A stretch of DNA of 47,285 nt, taken from Deltaproteobacteria bacterium (GTDB taxonomy: Bacteria; Omnitrophota; Gorgyraeia; Velamenicoccales; Velamenicoccaceae). The notes beneath the pieces are model-generated. The model was not told where the DNA came from, searched no databases, and was given only the letters and a program-made list of their open reading frames with translations. Numbering within the stretch: position 1 is the first letter of the stretch; each line of letters begins with the position of its first letter. Shown one piece after another: positions 31,681 through 40,262 of the stretch. A program made the position numbers and the translations under genes. Where the stretch lies: the NCBI GenBank assembly GCA_050258015.1, contig JBLMXZ010000093.1, positions 1-47,285 on the forward strand. The letters are read 5' to 3'.

Positions 31681-33831
31681 CTACGCGCGCTCCAGAAGTT
31701 CCCGGGCCGCCGTCACGACGCCGCCGGGGGTGATGCGCTTAAGACACCACAGATCCCGGCAGCTCATTCTATCACAAGGCGCGCACGATACGCGCTCATG
31801 CAGCACGATCGCCTTATCCGATAGGATCCGCGGATCAAACCGCGTCAGGTAGCCGGGACCGAAGAGCGCCACCATGGGGGTCTTGAGGGCCGCGGCCACA
31901 TGCATCGGCCCGGTGTCGTTGGTGACAAAGAGGCGGCATCGCTCCAGAAACGCCGCCAGTTCTTCCCACGACAGGCGGCCGGCGGCATTGACGACCCGGT
32001 ACCCCTTCAGGAGGCCCTCGAGCTCCTCTCCCAGCCCCTCCTCCCCCTTGCCCCCGGTCACCACCAGGACGCCGGGGCAGATATCGAGGATCTGCTTCAT
32101 CGCGGTCCCGAAGTGCGCCAGCGGCCAGCGGTGCGACGGCGCGCCGCCGGGATTGACCCCGATCAGGCGCGCGCCCGCATCGATGCCCTGCGCGCCCAAA
32201 AGAACGGAGACGGCCTGCCGGGCCTGCTCCGGGATGTCCACCCTCAAAGACGCATCGTCGACCGCGACGCCCAAGGCGCGCACCGTATCCAGGTCGTATT
32301 CCATCTCGTGCTTCTCGCCGCGCGTCGTCTCCGGCACCTTGACGGTCAAAAAGAAACCGCGCCCGTCCGTATCGCGGCCCACGCGACGCCGCGCGCCCAC
32401 GAGCCAAAAGAACAACGCCATCTTCCAAGCGCCCGTCAGCGAATGGAGGGTGCGCATATTGACGGCGACGTCGAACCGCTCCCGCCGCAGGGCCAGCGCC
32501 AGCCTCCAGAAAGACCGCCCCCAGCCGAGAACAAAACGGCGGCCGCCCTCCTCGTAGCCCGTGAACGGCCGCACATCATCGAAACACCCCAGGCTGCGCG
32601 CGAAGGCCGCCGTGCGGGGCACCCCGCAAAAAACAAGGCACGCCTGAGCAAAATGCCGGCGCAGGGCCCGGAGGGCCGGCGACGACAAAAAAAGATCGCC
32701 GATCCCGCCCAAATTGACGACAAGGATCCGGGAGACGGCGGGCTGCGGCACGGGAACACGACGCGCCAACCCCGAATAGACGTCCTCGATGAGCCGCGTA
32801 TTTTTCACCAGATCGAAACAGGCCTCGGCCCGTTGCCGCGCTTTCCTACCCGCCTCCATAAGCTGACCGGGCCGCGCCATGAGGTCCGCCAGCAGACGCG
32901 CCAGGTCGGTCTCATCGCCGTTGCGAAAGATGAAAGCTTCCAGCTCCCCGCCCACCACTTCGGGATTGCTGGGGATATCGCTGACGATGACCGGCCGCCC
33001 CAAAGCCATCGCTTCGATGAGGGCGCGCGACAACCCCTCGCCGTGGCGCGACGGCAGGATGACCGCATCCAACCGCCGCATCCGTTCGACAGCGTCCGCG
33101 ACGAACCCCTCGAAGACGATCCGTCCGTCTCCGGCGGCCAGTTCCTTAAGGTAACGGGTATACCCTTGCCTTCCTTCGCCAAAAATGGAGACGGATACGG
33201 GCGCGTCCTTGAGACGCCGGACGGCCCGGACAAGGACGTCGATACCCTTGCGTTCTTCGAGCCGGCCGAAGTAGCCGAGACGCAGAACGCCGTCCGCGGG
33301 CCGCGGCGGCGCGGCCGCCAGCGCGTCCAGCTCAACGCCGTTATAAACCACGGAGACCTTCCCCTGCCGGTCCCATCTCTCGAAACGCCTGGCGGCGGCC
33401 CGCGAGACGGCGATCATGCGGTCGACAAGGCCATAAAGCATCCTGTCGACCCATGCCGCCGAATCCGTTACCCGCAGGTGCAGCAGAATGCGCGCGCCGC
33501 GCCGTCGTCCGGCATGCCGGGCGTAAAAGGTCTCCCGGACGGAATCGGTAGAGACGATATCCGCCTGCGTCTCCTCCAGGATACGCGCGAGGGCGCGATG
33601 GGTCCGAACGAGGGCCGCGACGTTCAGACTCCTCAGGCGCGCCGGCTTCAGGACGAAGACCGCCACCCCGAGGGCCTCGACCGCCGCCTTTAAATCCCCC
33701 GCCTCGGGCACGACGAGGAACGGGCAGAATCTCTCTTTATCCAAATGCCTGATGAGCAGATAAAGGCTCCTTTGGCCGCCTCCCTGCATCGAGCCGAAAC
33801 ACGTTATGTAAAGAATACGGATCTTTTTCAT
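31681..33831 (-). CDS. GT4 glycosyltransferase fused to a GT9 (heptosyltransferase-like) domain
   Basis: The N-terminal half has MKKIRILYITCFGSMQGGGQRS and EGLSRALIEAMALGRPVIVSD. The C-terminal half has ILVVNLGGIGDLFLSSPALRAL and LFVTNDTGPMHVAAALKTPMVALFGP. Confidence 0.85.
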   Translation of the reverse strand: MKKIRILYITCFGSMQGGGQRSLYLLIRHLDKERFCPFLVVPEAGDLKAAVEALGVAVFVLKPARLRSLNVAALVRTHRALARILEETQADIVSTDSVRETFYARHAGRRRGARILLHLRVTDSAAWVDRMLYGLVDRMIAVSRAAARRFERWDRQGKVSVVYNGVELDALAAAPPRPADGVLRLGYFGRLEERKGIDVLVRAVRRLKDAPVSVSIFGEGRQGYTRYLKELAAGDGRIVFEGFVADAVERMRRLDAVILPSRHGEGLSRALIEAMALGRPVIVSDIPSNPEVVGGELEAFIFRNGDETDLARLLADLMARPGQLMEAGRKARQRAEACFDLVKNTRLIEDVYSGLARRVPVPQPAVSRILVVNLGGIGDLFLSSPALRALRRHFAQACLVFCGVPRTAAFARSLGCFDDVRPFTGYEEGGRRFVLGWGRSFWRLALALRRERFDVAVNMRTLHSLTGAWKMALFFWLVGARRRVGRDTDGRGFFLTVKVPETTRGEKHEMEYDLDTVRALGVAVDDASLRVDIPEQARQAVSVLLGAQGIDAGARLIGVNPGGAPSHRWPLAHFGTAMKQILDICPGVLVVTGGKGEEGLGEELEGLLKGYRVVNAAGRLSWEELAAFLERCRLFVTNDTGPMHVAAALKTPMVALFGPGYLTRFDPRILSDKAIVLHERVSCAPCDRMSCRDLWCLKRITPGGVVTAARELLERA

Positions 33832-34949
33832 GAGCCCGCGCCCGCAGCGCGCGCCAACTGCGCCTGCAACGCCCGCCAGACCTCGTCGACCGAAATATTC
33901 AAAAGACAGGCGTGCCGGCCGCAGACATCCTTATAGCAGGGCTGACACGCGATCTCTTTGCCGACCAGGATATCCCGGGGACCGCGCGGCCGCCACAGGA
34001 CGGGGTCGGCCGGCCCCAGCCATGAGACCGTGGGCACGCCCAGACCGCACGAGATATGCAGCGCCCCCGAATTGTTGCACACCGAGACATGGCACAACGA
34101 CAACAAGGCCATGAACTGACGGATGGACAAGTCCGAAAAAACGCGCGCGCGCCTGTCCGTAAGAGCGGCCCGCGCCTTGTCCAGCAGATCTTTCTCGTTC
34201 GGGCCGCCGAAGAACAGCAGGCGCGCCTCCGCGACACGCTCGAGCAGGCGGTTGCCCAGCGCCAGGAAGCGCTCCAGAGGCCAGCGCTGGGACGGATAAT
34301 AGGCGCCGGGGTGAAAGGCGACCTTGACGCTGTTGCCGTCCAGGCCTTCGCGGACCAGAAGATTCGCCGCCCACCGCTTCTCCTCGTCGCTGATATACAG
34401 GGACGGCTCCCTCTCCTGCGCCTCGATGCCGAGGGACCGCGCGATATCCAATACCTGGTCCACCATATGCTGCTCCTTACCTTCCCGGGGGCCGCGCAGG
34501 TTAAAGCACACCTCCCGGCCCGCCTTCTCAAAACCGACGCGGTAGCGCGCCCCAAGAAGCAGCGTATGCCACGCCGGACGAAAGAGATAGGTATAGTAGG
34601 CATCGACCGCCAGGCCGATCTTCAAAGAGCGGCCCAGCCGCCGCAGCTGGCTCTCGTCCTCATAGATAAGGACCTCGTCCACGCAGGGATGATGTTCGAC
34701 GACGGCGGCGTTGACGCGCGACCCCAGAACGATGATCCGCGCCTGGGCAAAGGCGCGCCGCAGGGCTTTAAAGAGCGGCGTCGTCAGCACCATGTCGCCG
34801 ATGCGGTCGTGGCGCACCACCAGGACCGTCCTGACCTCCTCGGGGCGCATCTTCTTGAGCGTCAGCCGCCGCAGGACCCACCAGGGCAAAAGAACGAGGA
34901 ACCGCGCGACCAGATACATATCCCTCAGGGTGTTGCGGCTGACGATCAC
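33828..34949 (-). CDS. GT9-family (heptosyltransferase-like) glycosyltransferase
   Basis: VLVVRHDRIGDMVLTTPLFKAL and VCNNSGALHISCGLGVPTVSWLGP. Start taken as GTG 34949, overlapping the upstream TGA (GTGA). The alternative is ATG 34919. The stop overlaps the next ATG as ATGA. Confidence 0.8.
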   Translation of the reverse strand: MIVSRNTLRDMYLVARFLVLLPWWVLRRLTLKKMRPEEVRTVLVVRHDRIGDMVLTTPLFKALRRAFAQARIIVLGSRVNAAVVEHHPCVDEVLIYEDESQLRRLGRSLKIGLAVDAYYTYLFRPAWHTLLLGARYRVGFEKAGREVCFNLRGPREGKEQHMVDQVLDIARSLGIEAQEREPSLYISDEEKRWAANLLVREGLDGNSVKVAFHPGAYYPSQRWPLERFLALGNRLLERVAEARLLFFGGPNEKDLLDKARAALTDRRARVFSDLSIRQFMALLSLCHVSVCNNSGALHISCGLGVPTVSWLGPADPVLWRPRGPRDILVGKEIACQPCYKDVCGRHACLLNISVDEVWRALQAQLARAAGAGS

Positions 34950-35842
34950 GACCCCGCCCCTTTCTCCCGTGTCCCGGCCCGCCCCTTGCGCAGATCGATC
35001 ACCAGCGTCTCCGACCAAAGGTAAGAGCACCAAAAAAGATCGAGAAACGCATCCAAGAGGACGCTCAGGGCGAAGAGAACGCGGTGGCGGTCCAGGGGCG
35101 CCCCGCCCCAGATCACCCCGCCTGTTCCGCGGATGGCGCGTACCCGAAAGCCCTCCCCGGAGACCAGGCGGTGCCACGCGGCGGCGCCTTTGACCGAAAT
35201 ATGCTTTCGCCGTGTGTTCTCCTCGTGCGGGTCCGTGATCTTCATGACCCGCCTGTCTTTCTCCTCGCTGCCTGTGCGTTTATCGAGAGCGAAGGTCCGC
35301 CGCAGCCATCCGCCGCTCAATGCGTTCAAAGCACGAAAGGCCGCAACGGGCAACCGCGGGCCGCCATTGGGCGTCGTCAGGACCGCCGCCCCGCCCGGCT
35401 TGAGCACGCGGTAGATCTCGCGCAGAAGCTCCGGCGGACGCGCCACATGCTCAATGATCTCGAGAGCCGTCACCACGTCGAAGGAAGCGTCCGGGAAAGG
35501 CAAACGGCAGCCGTCGGCCACCTCAAAACGGCACCGGGAGACCTCGAAAAAAGCCGCTTTTCTGCGGGCGAGTTCCACGTCCATCTCCGAAATATCCACG
35601 CCCGTTATCTCAAGCGCGCATTTGTCCCCGACGGTATCAAGCAGATACAGGGCGAGGGAACCGTTGCCGCAACCGATATCAAGCAGGGACGCCCGCCGCA
35701 GCCCTCTTTCCTTAAGGGCCCGCGCCACCGCCTGCTCGGTCCTGCGCCGCCGCATCCAAAACATATATCGGTTCGAGAACGATGTGCTCCCCGACCCCTC
35801 GGCCTCCAGGAAACTCAAGAAATACGTCTCTTCGCGGTTCAT
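34946..35842 (-). CDS. Class I SAM-dependent methyltransferase
   Basis: Motif I LLDIGCGNGS. ATG 35842 is preceded by GGAGG and overlaps the upstream stop as ATGA. Confidence 0.8.
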   Translation of the reverse strand: MNREETYFLSFLEAEGSGSTSFSNRYMFWMRRRRTEQAVARALKERGLRRASLLDIGCGNGSLALYLLDTVGDKCALEITGVDISEMDVELARRKAAFFEVSRCRFEVADGCRLPFPDASFDVVTALEIIEHVARPPELLREIYRVLKPGGAAVLTTPNGGPRLPVAAFRALNALSGGWLRRTFALDKRTGSEEKDRRVMKITDPHEENTRRKHISVKGAAAWHRLVSGEGFRVRAIRGTGGVIWGGAPLDRHRVLFALSVLLDAFLDLFWCSYLWSETLVIDLRKGRAGTREKGAGS

Positions 35843-36930
35843 CGTTCCTCCCTGTGCCCGCCCTTTCTGAAATCCTCCACGCATCGGATAAGCTCGCGGA
35901 CACGGTGGGTATAGGTATGCTGGCCGTTCGCCCGTTGCCGAGCCCGATCGGCCATCGCCCGGCGCTCCTCTTCATGGCCGAGGTAGTAGCGGATATGCGC
36001 CTTCAGCTCGTCTGTGTCCCGATAAACGGCCATCTCATCCCCGGGCTTGTAGAGGCGCTCCAGTTGCGCAACGGCGGGTGTCAGCAGGAAACCGCCGCAG
36101 GCGGGCACTTCGAAGACCCGCGGTGTCACGTTGAACAACTGCCGGCGCGCGCCGAACAAAACATGAATGTCCAGGTTCACGCGCGCAGCATTGTAGATCT
36201 TTACCGCGTCTTCGCCGGTTACGTTCTGCTCCCGGTAGAACGCCGCCAGGGCCGGATCGCGGTCCCGCCACCCTCCCCAGATCCCCAGGCGGAATTCCGT
36301 CAACTCCTTAAGGACGCTTACCCTCCCGGGGCTAAGCGACCCTACGAACGCCACGTCCGCCCCCCACCGCTTCCTCTCGCCGGCATCAAGATCGAGGGAA
36401 CGATGCGTTGCAACGCAACACCCCAACGGCAACGTCCGGGCCTGAGGCAGCGACGCGCCCGCCTCCTTCAAGACGCTCAGATCATCGACAAGAAAAAGCA
36501 AGTCATAAACGGGCAGGACACGCTGCACGAGGTCGCGCCGCGACGCATACAGAAGCGAATCATGGAACCAGTTCGCGGTCACGGCCCCGGTGCCTTTGAC
36601 CTTGGCCAGCGTCTCCGGGCCGATATTCTCTCCGCAAAAGACAAGAAAGAGCTCGGGCGCGAAGGCCCGGCAACGCTCGAGCAGCCGGCGGTTCATGTCC
36701 CGGTCAACGGCTGCGCGCACGCCCGTCACGTCATAAGGGGACGGTGTCTTGGGCCAGACGCGCCGCAGCGCCTTTTTCAAAGGCTGCACCAACGGCCAGC
36801 GGCTGTAGCCGCGGCGCCGGAAATCGAAGACCGCGACCTCATGCCCCTCCTCCATCAACGCCTTGTGGGCGTATTGCGTAACGCGGCCCAGGGCCGTCCC
36901 GTCCCACGGCGCGCACAAAAATATTCTCAT
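35839..36930 (-). CDS. CgeB-family / DUF3880-type glycosyltransferase-like protein
   Basis: Starts MRIFLCAPWDG. The C-terminal block TPRVFEVPACGGFLLT is typical of Glyco_trans_1_2/CgeB proteins. The N-terminal 54 codons of the track ORF are rejected. Confidence 0.7.
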   Translation of the reverse strand: MRIFLCAPWDGTALGRVTQYAHKALMEEGHEVAVFDFRRRGYSRWPLVQPLKKALRRVWPKTPSPYDVTGVRAAVDRDMNRRLLERCRAFAPELFLVFCGENIGPETLAKVKGTGAVTANWFHDSLLYASRRDLVQRVLPVYDLLFLVDDLSVLKEAGASLPQARTLPLGCCVATHRSLDLDAGERKRWGADVAFVGSLSPGRVSVLKELTEFRLGIWGGWRDRDPALAAFYREQNVTGEDAVKIYNAARVNLDIHVLFGARRQLFNVTPRVFEVPACGGFLLTPAVAQLERLYKPGDEMAVYRDTDELKAHIRYYLGHEEERRAMADRARQRANGQHTYTHRVRELIRCVEDFRKGGHREER

Positions 36931-36937
36931 CCCGACC

Positions 36938-37954
36938 TCATTTTGTCGCGACGACCTCGATCTCTTCGCCCGCCGGCAGGCCGAAACGGCACAAGAGCTC
37001 TTCCTGAAAGACGAACCAGCCGCGGCCCTTCTCCCGCCGGGAAAGACAGGGATCCGTCCGGCCGTCGCGACGGATGCGCGTGCTGTGATCAAAGGCCGAA
37101 CCCGCGGCCTTCGTCAGGATGCGCACCTGTATGCGCTTAAAGGCAAAACGGGACAACAGCAGGCGCAGGCTCTTCGGCGCAAAGCCGAAAAGGTGGCGCG
37201 GCGGATCCAAAAGGTACCACCGTCGGCCGAAGCGCCTGTGCCCCAGGCTCAGGACATTGGGTACGCGCAGCGCGAGGCGCGCCCCGGGCCTGAGCCAGCG
37301 GAAGACCGTCCCCAAGATCCCGGCCGGGTCCGGAGTATGCTCGAGGACGTGTATCAGCGTCACCCAATCGGCGCTCCCGTCTTCGATCTTTGCCTCAGCC
37401 GGGATCCCCTCGAAGACATCGATGCCGCGCCGGCGCGCCGCGGCCGCGCCCTGGGGCTGCGGTTCGATGCCCCGCACGCGCCAACCAAGGGATTTCACGA
37501 TCGCCAGATAATTTCCCTCGCCGCAGCCAACATCAACGGCTAAGGCGCCGGGCCGCTCCGGAGCCGGCGGAAGGAGCGCCCCCAGGTCCCACGTCGCCCG
37601 CTGCCTCAACCACGGCAATAAGCCCAGCGTCTTTCCCCAAAATATGTCCGCGCGCGTACGGCCGGGCATGTCGTAACCGTAAAAACCGCAAAGGATCATC
37701 CGGCGGACCCTCTGCCGAAGGCCGTCGAGCGGACGGTGCGCCGTCTCCCCCGCACACGAAGCCGGATAGGAATACTTCTCTTCCGGAAAAAGCTCAGGCA
37801 GCGGATCGAGCCAAAGAAGGTCGCACCGGCGGCAACGCCGCATAGAAAAAACGCCCTCAAGGCCGAAGCGCACGTCCCTAAGCCCCTCATAAAACAAGAC
37901 GCCCTCGGCGCCGCAGGCGACACAGCGCATCTGGCTCACACCCGCCTCTCTCAT
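36938..37954 (-). CDS. SAM-dependent methyltransferase with N-terminal Cys4 zinc ribbon
   Basis: CVACG...CRRCD. Motif I AVDVGCGEGN. ATG 37954 overlaps the upstream stop as ATGA. The alternative is ATG 37930. Confidence 0.75.
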   Translation of the reverse strand: MREAGVSQMRCVACGAEGVLFYEGLRDVRFGLEGVFSMRRCRRCDLLWLDPLPELFPEEKYSYPASCAGETAHRPLDGLRQRVRRMILCGFYGYDMPGRTRADIFWGKTLGLLPWLRQRATWDLGALLPPAPERPGALAVDVGCGEGNYLAIVKSLGWRVRGIEPQPQGAAAARRRGIDVFEGIPAEAKIEDGSADWVTLIHVLEHTPDPAGILGTVFRWLRPGARLALRVPNVLSLGHRRFGRRWYLLDPPRHLFGFAPKSLRLLLSRFAFKRIQVRILTKAAGSAFDHSTRIRRDGRTDPCLSRREKGRGWFVFQEELLCRFGLPAGEEIEVVATK

Positions 37955-38565
37955 GCCTGGCCTATGCTCCGGACGACGCGCGCCGGAACCCCTAACGCAA
38001 GGGAGTGCGGCGGGATGTCGCGCGCAACGACCGCGCCGGCCCCGATCACCGACCCCGCGCCGATCGTGACGCCGTCGAGCACGACGACATGGGCGCCGAT
38101 CCAAACACTCGCCTCTATCCGGATGCCTTTGCCTATCATCTCCCGGCTGAAGCGGCCGGTCCCCAAAAGCGCCATATCATGCTCCGAAGCCACGATAACG
38201 CAATGGCTGGCGATATGCACGTCGTCGCCGATGGTGACGCCGCCGTAGCCGTAGACGACCGCGTAATCGTTCACCGTGCAGGAACGGCCGATGCGGATCG
38301 CGCCGTTGTTGGCCTTGAGGAGCGCGAAAGGATATATCGTCGTCGCGTCCCCGATCTCGATGGACCCCTTGGGGCCGTTGGCGGTAAGGCGCGCGTGGCG
38401 CTCGAGGACCACATCGCCGCCAAGCCGGACGCGGCGCGGATATTCGATACGCGCCAAGGGCGAGACATAGGTGTTGGCGCCGAAACCCCCTAAACCCCTT
38501 AATAAACACAGTCCCGCCTTGACGGCCCCCTTGCAAACGTTCCTTCGGACCGGGATCTTTTCCAT
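37951..38565 (-). CDS. Left-handed beta-helix (hexapeptide-repeat) acyl/acetyltransferase
   Basis: Hexapeptide runs IGDDVHIASHCVIV, IEASVWIGAHVVVLDGVTIGAGSVIGAGAVV. ATG 38565 has a strong SD (AAGGAGA, 4-5 nt). The alternative ATG 38634 overlaps the Wzx stop. Confidence 0.8.
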   Translation of the reverse strand: MEKIPVRRNVCKGAVKAGLCLLRGLGGFGANTYVSPLARIEYPRRVRLGGDVVLERHARLTANGPKGSIEIGDATTIYPFALLKANNGAIRIGRSCTVNDYAVVYGYGGVTIGDDVHIASHCVIVASEHDMALLGTGRFSREMIGKGIRIEASVWIGAHVVVLDGVTIGAGSVIGAGAVVARDIPPHSLALGVPARVVRSIGQA

Positions 38566-38630
38566 GTCTTCTCCTTGGTCTTGCCTGCAACAGGTTTCCT
38601 TCGCGGGGTCCGCCCCGAGGCCCGCGGCAG

Positions 38631-40166
38631 TCATCTCTTCACGAACTTACGCAACGCATGGACAAAGACTTCGCGCTCGTAGGCATCGACGAGCCTGAAG
38701 CCGCGAACCAACGCAACATACAGGACGGTGAAGACCGCGCCGTCGAAAAAAAGGCGGCCGAAAAGAACGAGCCGCCCGCCCTGTCCCGCCAATCGGGCCG
38801 GCATGAAAAAAGTGACGGCCGCCGCCAGGAGGCTGGCCGCCAGCGGCCCCAGGACGCTGCGCCCCAGGAAACGCGCCACCGAAAATTTCAGATAACGATG
38901 GAAGCGCGCCATAAACCAAAGGCTGCCCGTCAGCGCCGCGGCGGCCGTCCCCCAAAGGGCGCCCACAAAACCGATGCGCCGGATCAGCGCAAAACTCAAG
39001 AGGATATTGAGGGCCGCCAGGAGGATCGAACCGCCGAGCTCAAAACCCAGCACGCCTATGCCCCGCGCCATGTAGCGGCCGACGGACGTCACCAGATAGA
39101 CGCCGTACGCAAGGGTCAGGAACTGGACCGCCAGGACCGATTCGGGCCGCGCCATTATCCCCATCCATGCCCGGATGATGAGGCCGGCATGCAACACCGC
39201 GAAACAACATAACGGCGCCAGCAGCATCATCATGTATTTCGTTCCGCGCACGTACAGGTCCTCCAGGCGCCGCTCGTCTCGCATGACATGGAGCTCCGAG
39301 GCGGCGGGCAGGACCGACGGCAGGAATAAGGCCGGAAGGAGATTGGTGATGTTGGCGACCTTGGCGCCTATCTCGTACAGGCCTCCCAGCGTAACACCCG
39401 CGAGCGCCCCCAAAAGCACCTTGTCGACGCCTTTGTTGATAAGCTCCGCGAAAGCGATGACCTGCATCTTGATCCCGTAAAGGAGCGCCGATCCGAAAAG
39501 TCTTGCGTCAAAGAAAGGGCCCTTGGGGACGGCCCTCGGCAGAAGGCGCGCGACGAAGACGATGCGCAGACAGGCGGCGAAGGCCACCATCAGGAAGCTC
39601 GCCAGGACCACGCCGGCAACCCCGTATCCCGCCTCCAGGAAATACACCGTAAAACCGATATTGGCGGTCACCGCCGCAATGAGAATACCGTTCTCGATAT
39701 CCATGCGCTGCAGGCCGAAGAGGACGGTCTTAAGAATACCGAAGACGCCCCTGAGGAACATGACGGCGAGCAGCCCCGCCAGGATGGTCGCGGCCACGGA
39801 CAGCCACGCGGCGTCGATGCGAAAAAGCCCCAAGAGCGGACGCCGCAGGAACCAAACGCACAGCGTCACCGCCCCGAAAAAGAACAGGTAGTACACGAAA
39901 GCCATACGCACGAGACGACCCAATGCATCGAAATCCTTGCGGGCATGATGTTCCGAAACGAACTTGACGAGCGAAATATTGATGCCCGTGATATCCAGGA
40001 CCGTCACGTACCCCAGGGCCGCCTCGAGCACCACAAAGAGACCATATCCTTCGAGCCCGACCTTGGCGATGATGTAAGGGGTCAGGAAGAGGCTGACCAA
40101 CACCCACCAGGCATAGCCGAAGGAACTAAAGAGCGTATTGTGTATGACCTTCTCCGATATCTTCAT
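38631..40166 (-). CDS. MOP-superfamily polysaccharide flippase (Wzx-like)
   Basis: 511-aa polytopic membrane protein. The N-terminus and length are typical of 'polysaccharide biosynthesis protein' flippases. Confidence 0.75.
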   Translation of the reverse strand: MKISEKVIHNTLFSSFGYAWWVLVSLFLTPYIIAKVGLEGYGLFVVLEAALGYVTVLDITGINISLVKFVSEHHARKDFDALGRLVRMAFVYYLFFFGAVTLCVWFLRRPLLGLFRIDAAWLSVAATILAGLLAVMFLRGVFGILKTVLFGLQRMDIENGILIAAVTANIGFTVYFLEAGYGVAGVVLASFLMVAFAACLRIVFVARLLPRAVPKGPFFDARLFGSALLYGIKMQVIAFAELINKGVDKVLLGALAGVTLGGLYEIGAKVANITNLLPALFLPSVLPAASELHVMRDERRLEDLYVRGTKYMMMLLAPLCCFAVLHAGLIIRAWMGIMARPESVLAVQFLTLAYGVYLVTSVGRYMARGIGVLGFELGGSILLAALNILLSFALIRRIGFVGALWGTAAAALTGSLWFMARFHRYLKFSVARFLGRSVLGPLAASLLAAAVTFFMPARLAGQGGRLVLFGRLFFDGAVFTVLYVALVRGFRLVDAYEREVFVHALRKFVKR

Positions 40167-40262
40167 GGCGCCCCGACGGATCCCGTTCCGATCCTGTTTT
40201 TTGCTTCTGCGTTACCGGTGACCTGTTCCCGCGCAATCTGCTCTTGCATTAGATAACGCCCG

